Shown here: positions 20,643 through 29,144 of the stretch, piece after piece | Layout: every line of letters begins with the position of its first letter | Position numbering within the stretch: position 1 is the first letter of the stretch | Source of the DNA: an uncultured virus (IMG/VR IMGVR_UViG_3300044805_000534) | Taxonomy: Duplodnaviria > Heunggongvirae > Uroviricota > Caudoviricetes | Virus record (IMG/VR): IMGVR_UViG_3300044805_000534 | Strand: one strand, 5' to 3' | DNA: 64,000 nucleotides | Translations under genes and position numbers: made by a program | The notes under the pieces: generated by a model | What the model was told of the DNA's origin: nothing | The model's input: only the letters and a program-made list of their open reading frames with translations | The model's database searches: none

Positions 20643-21356
20643 ATGGCTTTACACTTCTCACCTAAAATTATTACAACCGGCTTAGTATTGGCGCTAGATG
20701 CAGCTGATACTAACTCATATCCGGGCAGCGGCTCTACTTGGTATGATTTAGCTGGCGGCAACCATCATGGTACCTTGTATAATGGAATTAGTTATACAAC
20801 AATCAACGGTGTTAAAGCATTAACCCTAGACGGCACTAACGATTGGATTGGAAACTCTACATTAACTGGAGGACTTTCTAGCTTTACCTTAGAGCTAATG
20901 TTTTATCATAATGGATTAGATCAAGGCGGATCATATGGAATTATATCAATGGGAACTAATGGAAATTACGGCCCTATGTTTTATTGTCATACAAGCTGCA
21001 TGGGCTCTCACTACTTTCCCGGTAGTCCAAGCGGAGATTATCCAGGCGGCATGGGAAGTTGGGTTAATAATACTTGGAACATTTTTACTTGGGTATTTAC
21101 CGATACCGTACCTAATAGTAGCATAGGAAGTTTAAATACCTATGTAAATGGAATTCGGGTAGATGGAACCTCTAATTTTAATTTTCACAATGGCGGTATG
21201 GGTAGGGGTAGTAATGGTTACGGGTTAGGCACTTATGCGAATGGCGGAGCTCCATATAAAGGATCTTTCTCTCAATTTAGAGTGTACAACCGAGCTCTAT
21301 CAGCGCAAGAAGTCCTTCAAAACTTTAACGTACAGAAAACAAGATACGGATTATAA
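20643..21356 (+). CDS. LamG domain protein (short type)
   Basis: Paralogue of 16668: MALHF.P.I.T.GLVLALDAAD.NSYPGSG.TWYDL; FRVYNRALS.QEV.QNF. Confidence 0.85.
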   Translation: MALHFSPKIITTGLVLALDAADTNSYPGSGSTWYDLAGGNHHGTLYNGISYTTINGVKALTLDGTNDWIGNSTLTGGLSSFTLELMFYHNGLDQGGSYGIISMGTNGNYGPMFYCHTSCMGSHYFPGSPSGDYPGGMGSWVNNTWNIFTWVFTDTVPNSSIGSLNTYVNGIRVDGTSNFNFHNGGMGRGSNGYGLGTYANGGAPYKGSFSQFRVYNRALSAQEVLQNFNVQKTRYGL

Positions 21357-21357
21357 T

Positions 21358-22689
21358 ATGGCAATACAATACGGATTTGGTGCATCAGTTTCAAGCGGGT
21401 TAATTTTTGCATACGACACAATAGATACAGTTAACTCTTACTTAGGGGAGCCTACTACCAATCACATTTATCATCAAAATGCCAGATTAGATGGGTCATA
21501 CGAATCATATATGCCAGAATCTGGCACAGGTAATATAGCAGCCAATCATCCAGGCGCAATTCGAGTTTTTAATACAAACGGCGGAGATATTTCATATTAC
21601 CTAAACACTGGTATCAATACTGCAAACTCAGGAGTTGAGTGGTATAATACTAGACATGCTTATTGGATATTTGATACTATTATACAGCGGCCTGTCGTGA
21701 GAATGTATAATGAAACGGGCGTTTGGCAAGCTAAATATTTTGGGACAGGCTTAGCGTCACTAAATAGTATAGGAATTATTGCTGGAACACTTTACACAAT
21801 ATCTTGGTTACAGTACGTTGAGAATCTAGACAGAGCCGCTCATGTTGGGATCTATTCTTATAGTCCCACTCGTGGTTATAATGATTTCCATGATGGCTTA
21901 CAAAATGGATATAATACAGAGGTTAATACTTGGCAAAGGGTATCTATCACATTTATGGCCAAGGACTATGGTCAGTTAGGTAGTGGACCAACCATGTATT
22001 TTTATGGACATGCAGTTGGCGCTGGCGAATTAAGAATAGCAGACGTTCAATTAGAAGTAAAACCACATGCTACTCAATATAGCTCAGCCTATACTCGGTC
22101 TGCAACACAGGGTCTTTTACCTTTGGCAGGAAATTCAACAATTAATATATCAACTGTTTCTTTTGATGCAAATGCACAAATAATATTTGATGGTACAAAC
22201 GACTATGGTCAAACTGGAGTATTTTTACCAAATATTACAGATAAAACGTATGAAGCTGTTACTAGAGTATATGATATAAATCATCAAGCCGGAGGAGTCA
22301 TTGGAATAATGGGAGAAAGTGGAGAGCCATTTGATACAATTGTATACAATGAAACTGGCCAAGGCTGGGGGTTTGGGTCAACTGGATTTGAAAGAACTGC
22401 TTGGTCGGGGGTAAAGGAAACTACTACAGGGTTTGTGCACCTAGTTGCAACATATTCTAATTACAGTTATAAGCTATATAGAAATGGCCAATTAATATTG
22501 ACCACTACCGCATACCCAATCCTTAATTATAATTTTAATTCAGTTATTATATTTGGAAAGAGGCATGGGGCTACAACTGGTCCATATAATGGAGAAATCC
22601 CAGTTGCTAAAATTTACAATCGAGTCCTGTCGCAAGCTGAAGTTACTCAAAACTTTAAGAAGTACCAAACCCGTTTTGGACTAGCTTAG
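21358..22689 (+). CDS. LamG domain protein with inserted module (long type)
   Basis: Start placed at ATG 21358 (MAIQYG), which aligns with the paralogues; GLIFAYD..NSYLGEPTTN; QLE; FDGTND; IYNRVLS.AEV.QNF. Confidence 0.82.
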   Translation: MAIQYGFGASVSSGLIFAYDTIDTVNSYLGEPTTNHIYHQNARLDGSYESYMPESGTGNIAANHPGAIRVFNTNGGDISYYLNTGINTANSGVEWYNTRHAYWIFDTIIQRPVVRMYNETGVWQAKYFGTGLASLNSIGIIAGTLYTISWLQYVENLDRAAHVGIYSYSPTRGYNDFHDGLQNGYNTEVNTWQRVSITFMAKDYGQLGSGPTMYFYGHAVGAGELRIADVQLEVKPHATQYSSAYTRSATQGLLPLAGNSTINISTVSFDANAQIIFDGTNDYGQTGVFLPNITDKTYEAVTRVYDINHQAGGVIGIMGESGEPFDTIVYNETGQGWGFGSTGFERTAWSGVKETTTGFVHLVATYSNYSYKLYRNGQLILTTTAYPILNYNFNSVIIFGKRHGATTGPYNGEIPVAKIYNRVLSQAEVTQNFKKYQTRFGLA

Positions 22690-22721
22690 TACTAGATAAA
22701 TAATAAAAAATATTGTTCACA

Positions 22722-23069
22722 ATGTTAAAAGTAAAAATCGAATCGATTATCGGATTTGGCAAAACTGCAGAATTTGCTACTATTCACTTAATGCACTATG
22801 ACTTAGCATCAGGCGGATCTTCTGCCACTGTTAATTTGTATGAAACAGATCCTATGCCAGGATCACCAGCTACCCCAGCTGTTCAAATTATGACTAAGCA
22901 CATTAACTGCACGTCAGAAGATACCTCTACTTGGGGTACTGATGATATGGTATTTGTTGATATTGTATTGGCTAAAGCCGGTCTAGTTAGAGATACTGAA
23001 TGGGTTCAACCCGCACCAGCAGCGGCACCTGAGCCAGTTACACCTCCAGCTGAACCAGAATTACCGTAA
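22722..23069 (+). CDS. Hypothetical protein, possibly a tail-fibre assembly factor
   Basis: ATG 22722 downstream of ATAAATA; WGTDD motif; Pro-rich tail; followed by a terminator. Confidence 0.6.
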   Translation: MLKVKIESIIGFGKTAEFATIHLMHYDLASGGSSATVNLYETDPMPGSPATPAVQIMTKHINCTSEDTSTWGTDDMVFVDIVLAKAGLVRDTEWVQPAPAAAPEPVTPPAEPELP

Positions 23070-23087
23070 TCTGATTTTTTAATCTTT

Positions 23088-23119
23088 AAAAGGGGAAAAT
23101 TTTTTATTCCCCTTTTTTT
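23088..23119 (+). terminator. Rho-independent terminator
   Basis: aaaaggggaa ... ttcccctttt hairpin plus T-run. Confidence 0.75.
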
Positions 23120-23176
23120 ATGAAATAAAACCTGATACTAAAACTATAGTATAAGAAACAAAAAAGTAACAACTTC

Positions 23177-23626
23177 ATGAAGAACTTAACAGTAAAACTT
23201 TTTGAAATCTACTCTCTACAAAGCGAACTTAGCGGCTTGATCAACCAGCAAACTGGAGAGAAGATAAAAACCGGTATCCTAGACGAAGAAATTGGTCTTG
23301 TGGCTAAATACTGGATTAATCAATTAAATGACATTGTGTTAGCCGAGGTAAAAACCTTAGATGCACAACGTGAGGAACTGATCAAAAAATACGGCACAGC
23401 TGACGACCAAGGTGGAGTTTCTCTACAAATGGTTATCAAGGAAATGGACAAAGACGGTAAAGAGGTTTCTAAAATGAATCCTAAATTTGCTGAATTTAAC
23501 ACCGAATTCAATGGCTTATTAAGTCAAGAAAAGGAATTGTCGTATCATCCAATTAAATTGGAAACACTTAATGATGTAAAAAGTAGTAATAACTACCCTA
23601 CATTCTTTAAGTTTGTAGAAGCATAA
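23177..23626 (+). CDS. Hypothetical protein
   Basis: 149 aa; REELIKKYG motif; own terminator. Confidence 0.7.
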   Translation: MKNLTVKLFEIYSLQSELSGLINQQTGEKIKTGILDEEIGLVAKYWINQLNDIVLAEVKTLDAQREELIKKYGTADDQGGVSLQMVIKEMDKDGKEVSKMNPKFAEFNTEFNGLLSQEKELSYHPIKLETLNDVKSSNNYPTFFKFVEA

Positions 23627-23649
23627 TTGCCAACCCTACTACTACTGAG

Positions 23650-23679
23650 AAAAGGCTGTACGCAAGTGCAGCCTTTTTT
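23650..23679 (+). terminator. Rho-independent terminator
   Basis: aaaaggctgtac-gcaa-gtgcagcctttt, GCAA tetraloop plus T-run. Confidence 0.8.
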
Positions 23680-23703
23680 GGTTAGCCTAAATAAATAATC
23701 TAT

Positions 23704-24336
23704 ATGATACTAAGCGCAAGACAAAACGGATTCCTAATTAGTTTCCCAGATACTTTCTTCTCAAAGCAGATAAGTAAGAAATACGAGAAATATTATAATA
23801 GCCTCATTATGCCGTATGAGACTATTGAAGATTTCATGGCATCGACTATTCAGTCAGTTACATTTAATGGCTTTACTGTGCCAATGGTAAGTCAAGTAAG
23901 ACCTCTTGGTAAAATGCAAGAGTTTCATAGTGCAAAGCCAATTGCTGAAATGTTTGAACGTAAATTTACAATCAAATTTAAGTTAAGTGATGCTTACCTA
24001 AATTATTTTATCTTTTTAGATAATGCGCTTAACTATTTAGATCAAGGTAATTTAGAACCAACTAACTTACGCAGGTCTCTAAATGGTGTTGGTAAACCAT
24101 TTGTGCAAGATCCTCAGGGTATTACAATGGATCCAATCCGATTAACTCTCCTAAATAATGAAGGTTATGCAGTTTCGTCGATTGTATTTAATCACCCAAT
24201 TCTATCGGGCATGACTAATATTTCACTGTCATATAATGAAAATGCGCCAAAATTTAATACGTTTGAAGTATCATTCCAATTCTATAACTTCGATATTGCC
24301 CTAGATTTTGGTGAGGGTCTTAACTATATTGGTTAA
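23704..24336 (+). CDS. Putative tail tube / tube-related structural protein
   Basis: 210 aa; IQSVTF.G ... L.LLNNEG ... ISLSY ... FEVSFQF pattern reminiscent of tube-fold proteins; structural context. Confidence 0.45.
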   Translation: MILSARQNGFLISFPDTFFSKQISKKYEKYYNSLIMPYETIEDFMASTIQSVTFNGFTVPMVSQVRPLGKMQEFHSAKPIAEMFERKFTIKFKLSDAYLNYFIFLDNALNYLDQGNLEPTNLRRSLNGVGKPFVQDPQGITMDPIRLTLLNNEGYAVSSIVFNHPILSGMTNISLSYNENAPKFNTFEVSFQFYNFDIALDFGEGLNYIG

Positions 24337-25139
24337 ACGTAAGAATCTAGCATAACACTAGTTGGCAAAGGTAATCCTTCTTCTTTTAATTTCTCAGTGT
24401 AGGCCACTATAATCTCCTGTTTATTTGGATAGAGCGGAGACTTTATAAAAAGATCAAAAGTTTTCTTAAAGGTATTCCATTCGCTAAATGGTAGAGGCTG
24501 ACCAAAAATTGCTTTAGCCATATCTTCTGCTGACTCAGCTATTAATTGACGATCCATAATTTTATAGTTAACCTTTTTCATCTCTTTAACAATCTTATAG
24601 AGACCGTCTGGTCTTAACATATAGCCTGTAAATTTAGAAGGGCTAGCTGGATCGCCTTCAATATCTTCCTTTCGCGAATCTAATACAGTAAACAGGAAAT
24701 AGACACGGTGTTTAGTTGTATCTGGATCCTCTTCAATATTTTTATAGAAAATATCAGTTGCCTCTTTATTTGCAGTTTGAGGTCTTACGAAAATATCAAT
24801 TTGCACTGGCTCATGACCAGTTGGCGTAAAATTAGTTGACACAATATTAAAACCATAAAATGCTTTTGCATCAATTCCTTGAGCTTTGCATAGTTCTACA
24901 ATTTTAGGAAGTTCCAAATCTGTGTATACCAGGCAATCAATATCGCCTGAAATAGGTTTCTGTTTCCAGCTACCAATCGGTTCACCAGGCTGGCTTCCAA
25001 GTATTCCCTGGACTACCTTATCGTTAAACTCTGCAACGATTCTTTGGATATCTTCGCGCTTAACTGAAACTGTTTCAGGAAAGGCATTACCTCCTTCATT
25101 AAGGACAAATTTTCGGTATTCTAATAGGTATTTCATCAT
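24333..25139 (-). CDS. Pol-beta-superfamily nucleotidyltransferase-like protein with N-terminal leader
   Basis: IGS...SGDIDCLV and VQIDIF (hGS, DxD, third Asp); start at 25139 (MMKYLLEYRKFVLNEGG) by ATGA overlap. Confidence 0.7.
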   Translation of the reverse strand: MMKYLLEYRKFVLNEGGNAFPETVSVKREDIQRIVAEFNDKVVQGILGSQPGEPIGSWKQKPISGDIDCLVYTDLELPKIVELCKAQGIDAKAFYGFNIVSTNFTPTGHEPVQIDIFVRPQTANKEATDIFYKNIEEDPDTTKHRVYFLFTVLDSRKEDIEGDPASPSKFTGYMLRPDGLYKIVKEMKKVNYKIMDRQLIAESAEDMAKAIFGQPLPFSEWNTFKKTFDLFIKSPLYPNKQEIIVAYTEKLKEEGLPLPTSVMLDSYV

Positions 25140-25885
25140 TCTGTGCCGTCTATCCAAGTTTTACCATCTAATTGACCAGAATCATTATCAACAGTCTTCA
25201 TTAAGATTTGGTCGATAACATTTCCTCTATACATTTCCGTAGTTTTATCAAAGCTTGGAAAGTAGGTCTCAATTTCAATTTGAAATGTGATAGTTATTTT
25301 ATTATTGTCAGTGTAAGAAAATTTGTAGGCTTTATCATTTGTTGCCTGATCTGGAAAAACAAATAGAGCAGGGATCCTGATTCCTCTATATTGAAAATAC
25401 ATTACTCGATTACTATAGAAAAGATCAAATAGTTTTTCAGTTGCCTTAAATGTTTTATTAAGATTATCTACAATAATCTTTGCATCAAAGTTTACTTTAA
25501 GTGGCAGGGAATAGAGTCTTGCTGAATAGGCTTTACTTTTCTTTGCATCATTTTCATCAAATTCATCGCGCTGAAAGGTTCCTCTAACATACTTATTAAC
25601 AAGATCTGAAGATTTTACATTAAATGAACTTAAGGTAATAATTCCTCTTGGAATAGGATCATAGTTACCTTCTGCCATTTGTGAAATTTTACAGGTAGAA
25701 GGAATTCCTATAAAGAAATCTTGCATAAAGCCTTCGTCGGTTCCTTGATTAAAGTAAAAAGGAATTGTATGAATTTCTGGGCGATCGTCACGCCATAATT
25801 CAATCTCCAACTGTCTATTTAATAGATCCAGTAGGGAGATTGTAAGATTACGTAGGAATATATCCTGAGTATTTGTATTCTTCAT
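25136..25885 (-). CDS. T4 gp15-like tail sheath stabiliser / tail completion protein
   Basis: IPFYF..., PRGII.L, LPLKVNF....DN....KATEKL...F, ITF.IEIETYFP pattern; structural context. Confidence 0.6.
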   Translation of the reverse strand: MKNTNTQDIFLRNLTISLLDLLNRQLEIELWRDDRPEIHTIPFYFNQGTDEGFMQDFFIGIPSTCKISQMAEGNYDPIPRGIITLSSFNVKSSDLVNKYVRGTFQRDEFDENDAKKSKAYSARLYSLPLKVNFDAKIIVDNLNKTFKATEKLFDLFYSNRVMYFQYRGIRIPALFVFPDQATNDKAYKFSYTDNNKITITFQIEIETYFPSFDKTTEMYRGNVIDQILMKTVDNDSGQLDGKTWIDGTE

Positions 25886-25918
25886 ATGGTTATTTATTCA
25901 CCTAGAAAAATACTACAG

Positions 25919-26385
25919 TGGTGGAGCTGACGGGAGTCGAACCCGTGTCCAATCCGGCTACTTCAATGAATTCATTTACAGGCTTAGTCCATTTTTCTAA
26001 ACGGACAAAATATAAAGTTTGATGTATGTAGGAACCAAACTTTCAAACAACCCGGTCTCGAAGTTATTTAGTAGAGCTCCGACCTGTTACTCCAACTCTT
26101 TCGCCCCCTGTATAGATCGTCCACGATCAGATGCTCAAGGTCAGCCTTGACTATTAAGGGAGCCACCTGGATTTGGCTTTCACTTCTTCTTAAAGTCCCA
26201 TGAGTGATACGGGAGAGATTAGGCAGCTACTGCTAAATCTGCACCTACGAAAGACATTGCGTCTTCGAAAGTCCAAGTTGACTTATTGTCAGTTATTGTT
26301 TGTATAGGTTATTAAAGAGTTTCCAATACTAACTCCGCCTGCATTCAAAGAACTACGACCGCTTGTCAAACGCCAAAACAGCCCC
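25919..26385 (-). ncRNA. ssrA: tmRNA (SsrA)
   Basis: Minus strand 5' GGGGCTG pairs with 3' CAGCTCC-ACCA with G3:U70; T-arm ACGGGTTCGACTCCCGT; encoded CCA; tag ORF 26290-26219 after ATAACT reads DNKSTWTFEDAMSFVGADLAVAA*. Confidence 0.93.
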
Positions 26386-26493
26386 ATATTTCTTAGTATA
26401 ATACTAAAGAATTATCTATTTAGTCTTGAGCGACGTAAAATCTTTTCCAAAGTTCAATTATCCCTAATAAATAATAAAAAAGAATTCGCCAAG

Positions 26494-28161
26494 ATGGCTG
26501 AAACACTTTCACCAACATACAAGCTTTTTAAAGGGCTAAGCACAAATGCTACCGAACTATACAGGGAGTCTGTGCAGTTTCTACAACAGAAATTTAAAAC
26601 GAGCGGCGACATTTTTACGTTAGCTTCCCCGTTTGGTCAGCTTTTGATAGTTTTACATAACTTAACTGAGCTGATTTTATTCTATATAGAAGACTCGATT
26701 ACTGAACTTAATATTTATGAGGCAAACCGCCCATCTTCAGTCTATTCACTAGCTTCACTATCTGGACACAATCCCAGCCGAGCTCTATCAGCAGTCGGCA
26801 CGATTCAGGTTAAGCCAAGTTTAAAAGTAGACTTTACTAAAATTCCAGGCAATAGATTAATTTTTACAAAATACATGAATCTTAATTGTGAAAACAATGG
26901 ATTAAATTATGTAGTGGAAATGCCAGGAGACGAAGCTCGATTAGATATGAAAGGTACGACTGGCTTAAACTTTACAATTAGACAGGGTAGACTTCAGCAA
27001 CAAACCTTTGGTAGTACTGGAGAAGCTTTTCAAAGTTTACAGTTAGGATATCCAAATAACTTTTTAATTGACCAGTTCCTAGTTAACGTCTATGTTAATG
27101 GAGAGCGCTGGGAAAATTACCAATCAATGCTAGATATTCCAAGAAATGGTAACTGTTATGTTTGCAAAACTGGTATTACTAATGGTCTTGATATCTATTT
27201 TGGAAATGGTTCATTTGGAAAAATTCCACCAACTGGAGCTGAAATTATTGTTGAATATTTAATAACAGAAGGTGCAGTTGGTAATATTGTTACAGATGCC
27301 TTATCTGAATTAATTTTTACATTTACTGATACTGCACTAAACACAATAGGTGAAGAGGTAACTCTTACTGATATGGTAACAGTAAGCTGTGTAAATTCGC
27401 CAAATTTTGGAACAGATCCAGAGTCACTAGCTTTAACTAGACTGCTTGCGCCAAAGGCAAGTAAAAACTTTGCACTGGTTAATGTTGATAATTATGAAGT
27501 CCTAATGAGAAAACTACAAATGTTTTCTTCGGTTAGGGTTACGCTAGATCCTGATGACAATCGGGTAATTAATATATTCTTAGTACCAGATATTACTAAA
27601 ATATTTGCACGTGGAGTTGACTACTTTAACCTAATCGAGGATCGATTTAAGTTAACTGCATTCCAAAAAACAGAATTATTAAAATATATTAAAAAATCTG
27701 GAACCGAACTTATATCAACCACAGTTAGACTACTAGATCCAATTCCAAAGAAATATGCTTTAAATATTAGCTTGGTTACATTTGCGGATTACGATAAAGA
27801 TTCAATTAAAGGTCAAATCGTTGAACAAATAGGATCCTATTTTGTTAATAACACGCGTAAAGATCGTATTCCAAAAAGTGATTTAATTAAACTAGTAGAG
27901 GGAATTAGCGGAGTCGATTCAGTTAGTATTCAAATTATCGGTGAAGCTAATGAGGCATCTGCAATTAACAATCCAAATATGGTAAATGCGCCACTGGATG
28001 GACTAGATTCATTTAATGATATTATTATTAAGCCAAATGAGTTTGCAATTATTAGAGGCGGTTTTAGGGATAAAACTGGCAACGTTTATGAATCTGGAAT
28101 GTCAGATGATAAACTTTGTGCAATTAACATCTTCTTTAGAGATGAAACAAGATTAAACTAA
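26494..28161 (+). CDS. Baseplate wedge protein (T4 gp6-like)
   Basis: SLASLSGHNPSRALSA, IYFGNGSFGKIP..GAEI.VEYL...G..GN, G.DPES....R..AP. Confidence 0.8.
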   Translation: MAETLSPTYKLFKGLSTNATELYRESVQFLQQKFKTSGDIFTLASPFGQLLIVLHNLTELILFYIEDSITELNIYEANRPSSVYSLASLSGHNPSRALSAVGTIQVKPSLKVDFTKIPGNRLIFTKYMNLNCENNGLNYVVEMPGDEARLDMKGTTGLNFTIRQGRLQQQTFGSTGEAFQSLQLGYPNNFLIDQFLVNVYVNGERWENYQSMLDIPRNGNCYVCKTGITNGLDIYFGNGSFGKIPPTGAEIIVEYLITEGAVGNIVTDALSELIFTFTDTALNTIGEEVTLTDMVTVSCVNSPNFGTDPESLALTRLLAPKASKNFALVNVDNYEVLMRKLQMFSSVRVTLDPDDNRVINIFLVPDITKIFARGVDYFNLIEDRFKLTAFQKTELLKYIKKSGTELISTTVRLLDPIPKKYALNISLVTFADYDKDSIKGQIVEQIGSYFVNNTRKDRIPKSDLIKLVEGISGVDSVSIQIIGEANEASAINNPNMVNAPLDGLDSFNDIIIKPNEFAIIRGGFRDKTGNVYESGMSDDKLCAINIFFRDETRLN

Positions 28162-28163
28162 CT

Positions 28164-28409
28164 ATGCATAGAGATTCAATTTTTAGAAAATCCATTGAGA
28201 GAAAAGAAAATCGCCTATATTTAGGGTTTTCATATAAAGATAAGATTATTGAAAAAACAGTATCTCCATATATGCTTGGAGTGTCTGCCTTTATGGATAG
28301 ATTTTTATTAAAACTAGATGCAATAGTTTTTAACAATATTGAAGCGGTCAAAAAAATAAAAATATTTGCTAACCCAGCCCTGGATAAGAACACGACAAAA
28401 CTAAACTAA
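28164..28409 (+). CDS. Hypothetical protein (baseplate region)
   Basis: 81 aa; tightly packed in the operon. Confidence 0.6.
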   Translation: MHRDSIFRKSIERKENRLYLGFSYKDKIIEKTVSPYMLGVSAFMDRFLLKLDAIVFNNIEAVKKIKIFANPALDKNTTKLN

Positions 28410-28416
28410 AAGTCCA

Positions 28417-29142
28417 GTGATCAGCAAAGAGAAGAAAACACAAATAAAAAACGAACTCGAAAGCTTTTTGAGCTCATATTCTGGAGATACTTCAGAAAAT
28501 GATATAGTCGACGATCGTTTTAACGAACTTGAACAAAATCCACCAATTGATTTTGAAGAAATGAGTTCAGGCTTCAAGACTAAAGCTCTTGAGATCACAG
28601 ATTCCCTATTTAAATTTTATGTAGACTTAGGTTTAATTACTCAACATGATTACCTAAAACAAAAGAAAGACCTCGATAATATGAATATCGAGACTATGTT
28701 CTTTCAGCATAAAACTATTAAGATGGCAATTGAAAGAATTATGGAAGAAATAAACCAGGGTGCAGCACATCCGCGTTTATTTGAAGTAATGTCTCAATTA
28801 CAGGATCGTCTTACTATGGTTACTAAAACTCAAGCCAACTATATGCTTTTCCTAGAGGATACGTACAGGAAAATGCGTAGCGAAGTTGATTCAAGAGGAG
28901 ACCAAGCAGGTCTTCCAGCCTCTTCAGTAAATGCAATTAAAGCTGGCGAATATTATGTCACAGCTGGAACCAAGAATATTATGAAAGAAATTCAAGGAGA
29001 AAGGAGTGATCAAGAGTTTGATAATAGGTTAACTAATCCAAACGAAAAAAATTCGCTAATGACTGAGCGCGGATTGGAACATTTAATTCAACGTGATGAA
29101 GATGATGAAGATCTAAACTCAACCATTTTTGAAATTATTTAA
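28417..29142 (+). CDS. Putative terminase small subunit
   Basis: Helical protein with HPRLFEV (cf. PRxYEV of T4 gp16-like proteins), directly upstream of TerL. Confidence 0.55.
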   Translation: MISKEKKTQIKNELESFLSSYSGDTSENDIVDDRFNELEQNPPIDFEEMSSGFKTKALEITDSLFKFYVDLGLITQHDYLKQKKDLDNMNIETMFFQHKTIKMAIERIMEEINQGAAHPRLFEVMSQLQDRLTMVTKTQANYMLFLEDTYRKMRSEVDSRGDQAGLPASSVNAIKAGEYYVTAGTKNIMKEIQGERSDQEFDNRLTNPNEKNSLMTERGLEHLIQRDEDDEDLNSTIFEII

Positions 29143-29144
29143 GT

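Noticed and set aside
21235..21357. N-terminal extension of the LamG ORF in the track
   Set aside because: Overlaps the upstream gene by 122 bp; paralogue alignment supports ATG 21358
25919..25955. Apparent tRNA 3' half (T-arm + CCA)
   Set aside because: The matching 5' acceptor strand is about 430 nt away with a tag ORF between; it is the tmRNA, not a tRNA or an att remnant
26391..26410. Imperfect palindrome tcttagtataatactaaaga upstream of the tmRNA as an operator
   Set aside because: Single AT-rich instance, explicable as overlapping divergent GTATAAT/GTATTAT promoter-like elements
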